The notes beneath the pieces are model-generated. The model did not search any database and had not been told where the DNA came from. It saw only the letters and a list, made by a program, of their open reading frames with translations. A DNA stretch of 64,000 nt from Eledone cirrhosa (taxonomy: Eukaryota): assembly GCA_964016885.1 (NCBI GenBank), contig OZ024757.1, forward strand, positions 27,342,001 to 27,406,000, given 5' to 3'. Of the stretch, positions 1 to 10,905 are shown one piece after another (the first letter of the stretch is position 1; every line of letters begins with the position of its first letter). Both the position numbers and the translations under genes were made by a program.

Positions 1-174
1 TCGGTAGAGGGTCGGACGCCGCCATGCTTTCCAGCATAGTTACGTCCCTTTACGATCTGAGTTCAAATCCCGCCGAGGTTGACTTTGCCTTTCATCCTTA
101 CGGGGTCGATAAAATAAAGTACCAGTGATGCACTGGGTAATTGCTGGCCTTTTGCCTAAAGCAGAAACAATTAT
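1..174 (+). mobile_element. tRNA-derived SINE, octopus OK-like family (young, abundant), cut by window edge
   Basis: B box GAGTTCAAATCC, body GAGGTTGACTTTGCCTTTCATCCTTACGGGGTCGATAAAATAAAGTACCAG, tail GCTGGCCTT..GCCTAAAG.AGAAACAAT; roughly 20 similar copies in the window. Confidence 0.85.
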
Positions 175-491
175 GTAAAATTTACACATTTTGCCTCATT
201 TCTCCCTGATTTGGGGGCACTTCTTTTTCATGGTACTCCTCTTTTGGGTTTTTAAAGGTTGGCAGGGTTGCATTTCGCCGCTGATGCCTACAATAACAAT
301 GTATGGAGTATAGAAAACAAAGCCTTTTCTTGGGTGATTCGAACTCTGAACATTATGGGACGAAACTAAATAATCGCAGAAGTTTCGTTTGAGTGGCTGT
401 CGTTTTTGCTGATACACACACGTATGCACTCACACACCCACCCACGCGCGCACGCGCACACAAACATGCACACGCATATATATATATATAT

Positions 492-578
492 AACGAAGGA
501 ATTGTGGTAAGGAACCAGATGGACCATAACGCACCAGAGTACTCAATACGTAGGGTAGTAGAGTGGGTAATAGGAAAA
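492..578 (-). mobile_element. PLE terminal-repeat family A, tail fragment in (TA)n
   Basis: AACGAAGGAATTGTGGTAAGGAACCAG..GACCATAACGCACC..GAGTGGGTAATAGGA matches the copies at 31341, 34741, 44918 and 49501. Confidence 0.7.
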
Positions 579-795
579 AAATACTTGTTCCTATTGATAA
601 ACTATATATATGTGTTTGTGTCTATATTGTATCTGTATTATTTTTGACCGTTGGTCAGTCAATGGCAACATTGAGGACCGAATAAATTAGATTACCGATA
701 TAAAAGACACAGAAAAAGCGAAAATCAACCAAACAGTGAGTGCGTTCTGTTATTAATTCTGGCAATATTACACAAATATGACCCCACCCAAGTAT

Positions 796-876
<81 letters not shown>

Positions 877-1274
877 TATTTATATATATATATATACACA
901 CATACATACAGAGAAAGACTGAGAAAGCAACAAACACATTTGCTCTCTTTCAAAGGAATACAGGTACGTTGGATGTAGGGGAGGCAATCGTGGAAGCGAC
1001 TTAAACGTATGGATGATCAGAATAGACATATTTACATTATCCCAGTAACATGAAGCAGTCAGCAACATAACCTGGTGTGACTGACAGCTTAGACTACAGC
1101 ACAGTCTGGTGGCCCATAGCTCAGTGGTTCGGGTGTTCGCTATACAATCGCTCGGTCATAAAAGTAATGATTTCTAGTATAGGCACAAGGCCAAAAATTA
1201 CCTAGTGCATTACTGGTACTTTATTTTATCGACCCAGTAAGGATGAACACACACACACATATTTGTTTTTGTCG

Positions 1275-1401
1275 ATCGACTTTCGTCAAATCGGACCGAG
1301 GAAACAATGTTTCCGTTGGTCTTTCCAATTGCTAATACTATCTATCGGTCGCAACTCCAGGTAGAAGGAGCAACGTGAAATAAAGTGTCTTGCTCAAGGA
1401 C

Positions 1402-1402
<1 letters not shown>
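1275..1402 (-). mobile_element. CORE-type tRNA SINE (OR-like), 5'-truncated
   Basis: Reverse complement of TGTCCTTGAGCAAGACACTTTATTTCACGTTGCTCC plus the 3' part shared with 2707-2905. Confidence 0.7.
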
Positions 1403-1444
<42 letters not shown>

Positions 1445-1509
1445 CACAAAAACAAGATGGCGTAGGACAGAACAAAGGAGAGGCACAAAAGCAAAGAAAA
1501 GAATCCCCA

Positions 1510-1552
1510 GTCACTGAAGAGGTCACAGAATGTGTGACGAAAGAACATTGAC
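1510..1552 (+). ncRNA. Hammerhead ribozyme motif, family B (cleavage triplet mutated)
   Basis: GTCA-CTGAAGA-G-GTCACA-GAATG-TGTGAC-GAAA-GAAC-AT-TGAC; stem I GTCA/TGAC, stem II GTCACA/TGTGAC; U16.1 is lost. Confidence 0.6.
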
Positions 1553-1586
1553 AATATATGAACAATCGTCTGGTTGTGGAACCAAC

Positions 1587-1676
<90 letters not shown>

Positions 1677-1863
1677 ATTGTTCCTACTTTAGGCACAAGG
1701 CCAGCAATGACCCAGTGCATTACTGGTACTTTATTTTATCGACCCCGTAAGGATGAAAGGCAAAGTCAACCTCGGCGGGAGTTGAACTCAGATCGTAAAG
1801 GGACGTAACTATGCTGGAAAGCATGGCGTCCGACCCTCTACCGATACTGCCAATCCACCGCCC
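1677..1863 (-). mobile_element. OK-like SINE, full length
   Basis: Reverse complement starts GGCGGTGGATTGGCAGTATCGGTAGAGGGTCGGACGCC (A box); B box and complete tail present. Confidence 0.85.
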
Positions 1864-2076
1864 ATATGTATATATATATAATGCCAATCATTGTAAGTTT
1901 GAATCTGACATGCATAAACATATATATATGAATAAGGTAAGCCCATAGTAGATTCGAATATCACAGAGAGAAATGAGGTACAACAGAATTGAAACATGGA
2001 TTACAGGTTAAAATATAGTCTAGATAGATGAGAAACAAAACGAGCATGTAGTTTATGGAACACCCAAATGATTTAG

Positions 2077-2523
2077 AAGTCGACCTTAAGTAGGAGCAAT
2101 AACATTAAGAAAGACATGAACGACACCACAACAGTTTGTTTTGAAAATTTTGAAAGTAGGTTTATAAGTATGAGTTTTCATAAGATTTTCGCAGTTGTCC
2201 TTGTGGCCTAGTGGTAGGTCCTAGAGACGGTTGAGATCCTGACGTTGGGTTCAATCCTGGTCAAGAGGTATATGTAACCTTTTTCAATTTTTATTTTACA
2301 ACTATCAGTAAAAAACTGAAAAGGCTTACCGGCAACCCTACTCCTGACCAGGATCGAACTTCAGATCAGGATCACTATCGGTTATGATTCCTCCAACTAG
2401 GCCACCGGGACAGTTACAAAACTGTAATAATAATTATAAACCTACTTTCAAAATCAAAGTTTAAAAGATGAGGTGTCGTTCATGGGTTTCCGAGAGTTAT
2501 TAGTCATATTTAGGGTGGACTTG
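2077..2523. mobile_element. Old fold-back element whose two arms each carry a tRNA-like unit
   Basis: Imperfect inverted repeat (CATGAACGACACC / GGTGTCGTTCATG; TTTTGAAAGTAGGTTTATAA / TTATAAACCTACTTTCAAAA) with A/B boxes at 2197-2267(+) and 2341-2411(-). Confidence 0.6.
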
Positions 2524-2706
2524 TCAATCTTATTATTCCTATGTTTGTTTAACTGTTGAATTCATTTACACTCACCTTTTTAAGGATAAAGACTACGGTG
2601 TAATACCAAATATCCCATCGGCAACCGGACCCATATTGGCATTGGGTGCTCAAACTGGTGAACCAATATGAGACGGGTTGCCGATAGGAAATTCAACGTT
2701 TAGAGA

Positions 2707-2905
2707 AGGCGCATGGCTGAGTGGTTAGAGAATTGAATTCGCAATCGTGATGTTGTGAGCTCGATTCCAGGACCGAGTGATGCGTTATGTCCTTGAGCAA
2801 GACACTTTATTTCACGTTGCTCGTTCTGCCTGGAATTGCGACCGGTAGATAGTAGTAGCAATTGGAAAGACCTATTGAAACTTTGTTTCCTCGGTTCGAT
2901 TACAC
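2707..2905 (+). mobile_element. CORE-type tRNA SINE (OR-like), near full length
   Basis: A box TGGCTGAGTGG, B-box-like GCTCGATTCC, CORE-like TGTCCTTGAGCAAGACACTTT. Confidence 0.75.
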
Positions 2906-3121
2906 GAGCTCCACTCCTCTCGTTTAGCGAATGAGGTTTTGGGATCTTGTTGCTAGATTGTTATATGTATATGTATATATATATATATTATACACACACA
3001 CATATGCATATATATTTATATATATGCATATATATATATATGCATATATATATATATATATATTATACACACACACATATGCAGATATATTTATATATAT
3101 GCATATATATATGTATATATA

Positions 3122-3150
<29 letters not shown>

Positions 3151-3159
<9 letters not shown>

Positions 3160-3563
3160 TAAACAAATAATGAATAAACAATTCCTTATATTAAACAAAA
3201 AAAGTTCATTATTTAACGATCGTTTCTAGGATATATATGTGTTATAATTGGTATGCATATTCAACAGATCTATGTACAAAATTATACAAAATTATACAAA
3301 TTATCAAGATTAAATATACATACCAAACACATATATACGCCGTCTTCAGAAATAAATTTTATTTCTGAAGACGGCGTATATATGTGTTTGGTATGTATAT
3401 TTAATCTTGATAATTTGTATAATTTTGTATAATTTTGTACATAGATCTGTTGAATATGCATACCAATTATAACACATATATATCCTAGAAACGATCGTTA
3501 AATAATGAACTTTTTTTGTTTAATATAAGGAATTGTTTATTCATTATTTGTTTAATATTTTAT
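3151..3563. repeat. Perfect palindrome, 206-bp arms, 1-nt spacer (PLE family F fold-back)
   Basis: 3151-3356 is the reverse complement of 3358-3563; the element continues to about 3697 and is flanked by (TA)n on both sides. Confidence 0.9.
3359..3505 (+). ncRNA. Hammerhead ribozyme motif, family F, long stem II (mirror copy on the minus strand at 3209-3355)
   Basis: TTATTT-CTGAAGA-[about 115 nt with TATATATGTGTT/AACACATATATA and TGGTATGTATATTTA/TGAATATGCATACCA pairings]-GAAA-CGATCG-TT-AAATAA. Confidence 0.65.
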
Positions 3564-3740
3564 CTTGACTCTGTATACCGTTTATCTTTCACCGAAAGTC
3601 GTTTTTCATTACATCTCTTCTTTCCATGATATCCGGAATACATTGAGTTCTTCATACGGATTGGACACTACCGTAAACTCTTGGTAGATTTATCTACATA
3701 TATATATATATATATATATATGCATATATATATATATATA

Positions 3741-3839
<99 letters not shown>

Positions 3840-3869
3840 GCATATATATATGTATATATATATATATAT

Positions 3870-4639
3870 TTCGTTTCTGAATTTGTTTAGCAAGATTCTT
3901 TATCTGAAATCGTGTGTTGAAACCGATATTGTTATACTTTGGGAGGGTCATGTTGCCAATAAGAAACACACGCACCAGTTGCTTTCACTTCAATTTATTA
4001 TATATTTATAAATTTATAAATTTACAAATCTACAAACTGATAAATTTCTGGTTGGTTGGTTGGTTCCACAACCAGATAGTTGTTTATATATATAGTCATA
4101 GTCCTTTCGTCACACACTCTGTGACCTCTTCAGTGACTGGGGATTCCTTTCTTCGTTTCTGTGCCTTTCCTTTCTTCTTTCCTACGCCATTTTGTTTCTG
4201 TGTGTGTGTTGTGTGCTCAGTTTGCGCATGCGCCACATCCGGGTGTCTGTGTGTGTTTGTGTTCATTTTTCTATTTTTCTATTTATATTTTTCTATTTGT
4301 TTATTTATTTATTTATTTATTTATTTATTGTTGGTTGGTTGTTTGTTCTATGTGTGTGTGTGTTTTCATTTTGTCCTGTGTGTGTTTTCATTTTGTGTGT
4401 GTTTTCAATTGTAAGTTGTTTGTTCTATGTGTGTGTGTGTGTTCATTTTGTCTTTAATTGTAAGTTGTGATGTTGCTGTTCCACTCATATTTTCTATTTA
4501 ATTTTGGAACCAACCAACCAACCAGAAATTTATAAGTTTGTAGATTTGTAAATTTATAAATTTATAAATATATAATAAATTGAAGTGAAAGCAACTGGTG
4601 CGTGTGTTTCTTATTGGCAACATGACCCTCCCAAAATAT

Positions 4640-4644
<5 letters not shown>
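3870..4644. mobile_element. PLE family B element with inverted terminal copies
   Basis: 3928-4068 is inverted relative to 4506-4644; both ends run into (TA)n; internal hammerhead motif. Confidence 0.75.
4094..4138 (-). ncRNA. Hammerhead ribozyme motif, family B
   Basis: Reverse complement AGTCA-CTGAAGA-G-GTCACA-GAGTG-TGTGAC-GAAA-GGAC-TA-TGACT; stem I 5 bp, stem II 6 bp, minimal stem III, CUA triplet. Confidence 0.7.
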
Positions 4645-4682
<38 letters not shown>

Positions 4683-5580
4683 CATATTCGTGTGTGTACG
4701 TATGTGTATGTGTGTTTTTATATGTGTCTCTATATGTTTTTGTGTATGTATTTGTACAGGGGTGTGTGATTGATGGTGTGTGCCTATACATATGCCCGTG
4801 TGTGTATGTACATATATGCACACATATGTGTGTGTGTGTTGAACAAAGGACTAACTTTGGGATGGACGTAGAAAGATTCTTCAGGAAAAAAATAAAAAAA
4901 TAATTATTCACAAGCTTGACAGGTGCGATTTGCCTGTGACCATTCTCAACACAAAAGCGATGCTAAAAGCTTTTTCCCCTGAATAAATGAATTTTTCGAG
5001 AATGACCGGGGCAGGCCGCACTTGCTAAGTTTCTCCCCACCCAACCCTACTCACCGTCTCAACTCATTACTGCTATGAACACTTTTTCAACACACCTACA
5101 CCCATGCACTTATTAAAGGGGGAGAAAAGAAACCCCTACCACACCACAGACATGTTAAATCCCTATATATAGAACAACACACCACATACACATCAGTTTG
5201 ACAAGCGCACCTCAGCGTGAAAGGTCTTTCTAAAAACGAAACAATACCTCCTACGTTAACCAAGAACTCCTAAGACCTAACCAACAACCAACAACTTAAT
5301 TTATAAAATAATTTTTTTTAAGAAAAATTCTTTTTGGATTTTGTGAAGAAAATAAATTTGTTGAAAGCACAAGTGAAGCCATTTTTTCTTCCCCCCCCCC
5401 CTGTCTTAATATACCTAACTGTACCAAGGATTACACACATTTTCCAATATATATTTATATATATGCATATATATATATATATATAAACGTTTGAATTTGT
5501 AAAGCCAAAACAATGCAGGTATGGACATAGAATACAAAATGCAAATGCAAAAGATAGTGTTGACAAATATATATATATAT

Positions 5581-5646
5581 CATCATCATCATCATCATCA
5601 TCATCAACGTTTAACGTCCGTGTTCCACGCTTGCATGGGTTTGGAC
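5581..5646 (-). mobile_element. 3' tip of a non-LTR retroelement with (TGA)n tail
   Basis: (CAT)n followed by CAACGTTTAACGTCCGTGTTCCACGCTTGCATGGG; trinucleotide tails are typical of the RTE clade. Confidence 0.45.
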
Positions 5647-5708
5647 ATATATATATATGTATATATATGCATATATATATATGTATATGTATATATATAT
5701 ATGCATAC

Positions 5709-5746
<38 letters not shown>

Positions 5747-5878
5747 GCATATATATATGTATATGTATATATGTGTATATATATATATATATACATATGC
5801 ATATATATATGTATATGTATATATCTATATATATACATATATATGTATATATATATATGTGTATATATATGTATATAC

Positions 5879-5910
<32 letters not shown>

Positions 5911-5975
5911 GTATATATATATATATACATATATATATATACATACATATATATATGTGTATATATATATATATG

Positions 5976-6006
<31 letters not shown>

Positions 6007-6011
6007 GTGTA

Positions 6012-6043
<32 letters not shown>

Positions 6044-6061
6044 CATACATATATATATGTG

Positions 6062-6093
<32 letters not shown>

Positions 6094-6276
6094 CATACAT
6101 ATATATATGTGTATATATATATATATGTATATGTATATATACATATATATAAATGTGTATATATATATACATATATGTGTGTATATATATATATATACAT
6201 ATATGTGTGTATATATATATACATATATATATGTGAGTATATATATATATGTGTGTATATATATATGCATATATAC

Positions 6277-6351
<75 letters not shown>

Positions 6352-6496
6352 TATACATACATATATATATATACACACACATATATATATATATATATAC
6401 ATATATATACATACATATATATATATACACACACACATATATATATATATATACATATATATACACACACATATATATATATATATATACACATAC
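5647..6496. repeat. Compound (TA)n/(TG)/(CA) microsatellite
   Basis: About 850 bp of interrupted TA repeat; source of the YI-rich ORFs. Confidence 0.95.
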
Positions 6497-6784
6497 ACGT
6501 TGCTGTATTCTGAAATTTATTTACTTAAATTTTTTACATAATAAACAGGAAGAGAGGGAAAAGGGCAAAGAGAGTGAAGGAAAGCAGAGGGGCAGATTCT
6601 CTACCCCTTGCTCGGCGGTATATCTCAGCTGCGCCCGCGGACAGGATGATGAAAGCATTTCCGCAGAGAACAGAGAACAGCCAGCGACACCCGCTGCATC
6701 AGTTAGTGCATCATGCGTTATGGGTGTATGTATGAGAGTATGCTATCTCTATCTCTCTCTCTCCATATATATATATATATATAT

Positions 6785-6947
6785 GAACGAGTAGGACCCC
6801 GACGGCTGAGCTCAAGCCCTTTCGACGGCTAATTCTGGACTCAGCCGTCAGGGTCCTACTCGTTCCTATTACCCACTCTACTACCCTAAGTATTGAGTAC
6901 TTTGGTGCGTTATGGTCCACCTGGTTCCTTACCACATTTCCTTCGTT
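6785..6947. mobile_element. PLE family A fold-back copy
   Basis: GAACGAGTAGGACCCCGACGGCTGA inverted to TCAGCCGTCAGGGTCCTACTCGTTC, then tail ending CTTCGTT|(AT)n. Confidence 0.75.
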
Positions 6948-7037
6948 ATATATATATGTGTGTGTGTATTATTGTACATATGTATGTATATATATATACG
7001 TATATATATATATATATGTATGTATATATATATATAT

Positions 7038-7519
7038 GTTGTTATACTTTGGGAGGGTCATGTTGCCAATAAGAAACACACGCACCAGTTGCTTTCACTT
7101 CAATTTATTATAATAAATTTATAATAAATTTATAAATTTCTGGTTGGTTGGTTGGTTCCACAACCAGATAGTTGTTTATATATATATTGTCATAGTTCTT
7201 TCGTCACACACTCTGTGACCTCTTCAGTGACTGGGGATTCCTTTCTTTGTTTCTGTGCCTCTCCTTTGTTCTGTCCTACGCCATTTTGTTTCTGTGTGAC
7301 GAAAGAACTATGACAATATATAAACAACTATCTGGTTGTGGAACCAACCAACCAACCAGAAATTTATAAATTTATTATAAATTTATTATAATAAATTGAA
7401 GTGAAAGCAACTGGTGCGTGTGTTTCTTATTGGCAACATGACCCTCCCAAAGTATAACAATATCGGTTTCAACACACGATTTCAGATAAAGAATCTTGCT
7501 AAACAAATTCAGAAACGAT
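7038..7519. mobile_element. PLE family B fold-back copy; hammerhead motif at 7189-7231(-)
   Basis: 7038-7209 is inverted to 7293-7460; reverse complement GTCA-CTGAAGA-GGTCACAGAGTGTGTGAC-GAAA-GAAC-TA-TGAC. Confidence 0.75.
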
Positions 7520-7713
7520 ATATATATATGTATATATTATATGTATATATTATATGTATATATATGTTTATATATATATATATGCAAAAGTTCTATTTAA
7601 ATTGTTGGGATACAACAAGCAAATATTTTTATAACTGATATAAAGCACTCAACAAGTATTTGGAGTAAACATACGATATTAACAAATGGAAACTATATTT
7701 ATAAAACCATATT

Positions 7714-7778
7714 TATTTCATTATACATATTTCAAGGACACCAAGTCAAATTATGGTGTGCTTTCATCAGACAAAATA
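7714..7778 (-). ncRNA. Hammerhead ribozyme motif, family C2 (within PLE repeat at about 7580-7850)
   Basis: Reverse complement TATTTTGT-CTGATGA-AAG-C-ACACCA-TAATTTGACT-TGGTGT-C-CTT-GAAA-TATGTA-TA-ATGAAATA. Confidence 0.7.
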
Positions 7779-7876
7779 TAATATAGAGCAGTTTTATAAA
7801 TAAATATTGACATACCCTTAAAAAATGCAACCACTACTGTTGGAAGCTCCCGGATATATATATATATATATACACA

Positions 7877-8011
7877 CAGAAATAGCCGTCGAAACGGCTT
7901 GAGCTCTGCCTTCGGGGTCATACATTTTCCTATTACCAACTCTACTACCCTAACTATTGAGTACTCTGGTGCGTTATGGTCCATCTGGTTCCTTACCACA
8001 ATTCCTTCGTT
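7877..8011 (+). mobile_element. PLE family A copy (3' half of hammerhead plus tail)
   Basis: AAATAGCCGTC-GAAA-CGGCTTGAGCTCTGCCT-TC-GGGGT...CTTCGTT|(AT)n. Confidence 0.7.
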
Positions 8012-8227
8012 ATATATATATATATATATATATACATACATACTTACATACGTACATATATATATACACACATACGTATATACAGAAGTGTGTATAAGAC
8101 TGCACGTGCATTAAAAGTGTAGAATGTTTAAAAGTATACCAAACGTGATCATATTGAGAGAGAAAAAGGAGAAAGTGGTGGTGGTGGTGGGGGGGGGGTG
8201 AGGACATCCCCACTCTGCCTCATCCTC

Positions 8228-8622
8228 TATTTACTACAACCAGCACCACCACCAGCACCATTACCACCTCTACTACCACCACCACCACCACTACCACCAC
8301 TACTACCACCATCACCACCACCACCACTACCATCACTGCCATCATCACCACCACAACCACAACCATCACCACTACCACCTCCACCATCACCACCATCAGC
8401 ACAACCACTACGACTACCATCACTACGACCACGACCACCACCACTACCACCCCTAGCACCATCACCACCACTACTATCACCACCACCACCACCTTCCCCA
8501 CAATCACCACTAGCACCATCATCACTACTACTATCATCACCACCATCACCACCACCACCACCACCACCACCACCACCACCACCACCACCACCACCACCAC
8601 CACAACACCATCATCACCACCC
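8228..8622. repeat. (CAC/CAT/TAC)n trinucleotide repeat
   Basis: Degenerate ACC repeat; source of poly-P and poly-V ORFs. Confidence 0.95.
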
Positions 8623-8636
8623 TCAATACCAGTAAA

Positions 8637-8790
8637 TAATTGTTTCTACTTTTTGGCACAAGGCCAGCAATTATCTCAGTGTATTACTGGTACTTTATTT
8701 TATCGATCCCCGTAAGGATGAAAGGCAAAGTTAACCTCGGCGGGATTTGAACTCAGAATGGCAAGGGCCGTAACTCTATGCGTCAAGCAC
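8637..8790 (-). mobile_element. OK-like SINE, 5'-truncated
   Basis: Matches the family body and tail. Confidence 0.8.
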
Positions 8791-8894
8791 CCAAGCACCA
8801 TCGATGCTGGGCTGCTTGTGTGTGTGTTTCAGTATGTATGTGTGTGTGCTTGTGTGAGTGTCTGTTTTGCGTGTGTGTGTTTGTGTGTGAGTGT

Positions 8895-8959
<65 letters not shown>

Positions 8960-9039
8960 TGAGTGTGAGCGCGCGTGTGTGTGTATGTGCGTGTGTGTGT
9001 GTGTGTGAGTGTGTGAGTGTGTGTGTGTGTGAGTGTGTT

Positions 9040-9156
9040 CGCTTGATGACGTCAGAGGCATCGCTCACGTGCCGGTCCTGGCGACAAGATGTAGTTTGAA
9101 GTAGTTAGCGTTCATGACGGAGCATGTGAGAGATTCGTTTCACCGAGTGGCACCAA

Positions 9157-9160
<4 letters not shown>
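9040..9160. promoter_or_regulatory. Candidate cis-regulatory island (CRE, E-box, CCAAT)
   Basis: TGACGTCA 9047-9054, CACGTG 9066-9071 and CCAAT near 9153 in CpG-containing unique DNA between (GT)n and (GA)n tracts. Confidence 0.3.
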
Positions 9161-9233
<73 letters not shown>

Positions 9234-9610
9234 AGAGAGTGTGAACAGAGAGAGTGAAGAGAGAGAAGAGAGAGAGAATGTGTAGAGAAAGACTACCTGA
9301 GAGAGAGAGAACGGAAGAGAGAGGAGAGAAAGAATAGCTGAGAGAGAGAGTGAGAGCGAGAAAGAGATTAATAGAGAGGGGAGTAGGAGAGAGAGGGAGG
9401 CTGAGAGAGAGAGAGAGAGAGTGGAGAGAGAGTGTGTAGAGAAAGAATAGCTGAGAGAGAGGGCGGGGGAGAGATATGGGAAATGAGAGGTACCGCAACT
9501 CTCATCACAACCTCCATCATAATGTGATGTGAGATAGCTATCGTCTTTCTTTTGTTTATTATCGTAGCCGTCTTCCTTTATTGCTTTCACAGTGTTGGTG
9601 TCTGGTCTGT

Positions 9611-9657
<47 letters not shown>

Positions 9658-9686
9658 AAAGAATAGAGGTGTAACACACAAGTTAT

Positions 9687-9829
9687 TATATATTGGTAAA
9701 CGGAATAGAAAATGCTGACAAATTGTTCACAGTTGAAAAATGGTTTAATTAGGAATAAAATACTCTTTTATTCCTAATTAAACCATTTTTCAACTGTGAA
9801 CAATTTGTCAGCATTTTCTATTCCGTTTA

Positions 9830-9839
<10 letters not shown>
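9687..9839. repeat. Perfect inverted repeat, about 74-bp arms, 5-nt spacer
   Basis: ATTGGTAAACGG...AGGAATAAAA-TACTC-TTTTATTCCT...CCGTTTACCAAT; abuts (TA)n. Confidence 0.9.
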
Positions 9840-9870
<31 letters not shown>

Positions 9871-9903
9871 TACATGAATCAAAGTTCAGTTTAAATCATT
9901 TAT

Positions 9904-9952
9904 TTGCTTACAATTGTTTCCTCCAAACCGAGGTTTGGATCCTTCGGAGCAA
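9904..9952 (-). ncRNA. Hammerhead-like motif with variant core inside fold-back 9866-9992
   Basis: Reverse complement TTGCT-CCGAAGG-A-TCCAAACC-TC-GGTTTGGA-G-GAAA-CAATTG-TA-AGCAA. Confidence 0.5.
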
Positions 9953-10602
9953 CTATTTAGTGATTTAAACTGAACTTTGATTCATGTAATTTCTATATAA
10001 CTGCTCTGTAAAACAACTGATGTTATTACATTGAGCTATTTATCTTACTGGTAATAAGATAGTAATGAATTACTGTCTTTCACTATTTAGGGTTTAAAAT
10101 ATATATATGTATGTATATATATGTGTATGTGTATATATATGCATACATACATATGCATACAAACGCACACACATATATATGCATATCTCTCACTTTGCAT
10201 ATATATATATCCTGGTCACGGTAGCCTCCATATAAAGGGTGGTGCCCCAGCATGGCCTCAGCCGGATGACTGAAACAGGTAAAAGAGTATATATATGCAG
10301 GGCCTTCAAGAGAAATTTTGCAAGGCGGTAGAAGACGCCTTTGGAGCCCAAAGTAGGCAAAGATTTTTCTCAAAATGGATGATGCATGGTTGCTGTGTGG
10401 CCTCCTTAACTCTAGGGCACCGGAATAAAGAACTGGCTGGGCATCCCCTCTCATAGGTCATATATATATATATATATATGTGCGAGGGGTGGGGGGTAGT
10501 TTGGTTAGTGGGTATTGCCTGTTGAGTCTTCTGAGACAATAGAGGGGTCAGCGAATTACATACATATACATGCATAATCAGTGATTCCTCAATATCTACA
10601 AT

Positions 10603-10720
10603 AATTGTTTCTATATTAGGCACAAGGCCAGCAATTACCCAGTACATTACTGGTACTTTATTTTATCGACCCCGTAAAGATGAAAGGCAAAGTTAACCTC
10701 GGCGGGATTTGAACTCAGAT
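10603..10720 (-). mobile_element. OK-like SINE, 5'-truncated
   Basis: Tail through B box only; approximate duplication ATCTACAATAAT/ATCTATAATAAT on the flanks. Confidence 0.8.
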
Positions 10721-10800
10721 CTATAATAATATACTCTGCTCTGTGCGAGCATCGAGTGCTCAAACGGCATACCGCCTACGGACGCATTTATTGCAACCAT

Positions 10801-10851
<51 letters not shown>

Positions 10852-10905
10852 CCATCATCATTCTATTAATGTTGATATAATTCTTATATCGATATTACTT
10901 GGGGA

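Noticed and set aside
393-647. Recurrent peptide [27 protein letters not shown] in many ORFs
   Set aside because: Antisense translation of the family A terminal repeat; recurrence reflects repeat copies, not a gene family.
2197-2267. tRNA gene (also 1108-1160 and other SINE heads)
   Set aside because: A and B boxes are present but no complete cloverleaf or acceptor stem; tRNA-derived repeat heads.
5521-6541. Long Y/I-rich ORFs (up to 330 aa) and the many similar YI, VC, HT and SL ORFs across the window
   Set aside because: Translations of (TA)n, (TG)n, (CA)n and (CT)n microsatellites that lack stops by composition.
9493-9606. Possible minus-strand exon (RPDTNTVKAIKEDGYDNK...)
   Set aside because: No polypyrimidine tract at the acceptor, weak donor, no recognisable homology.
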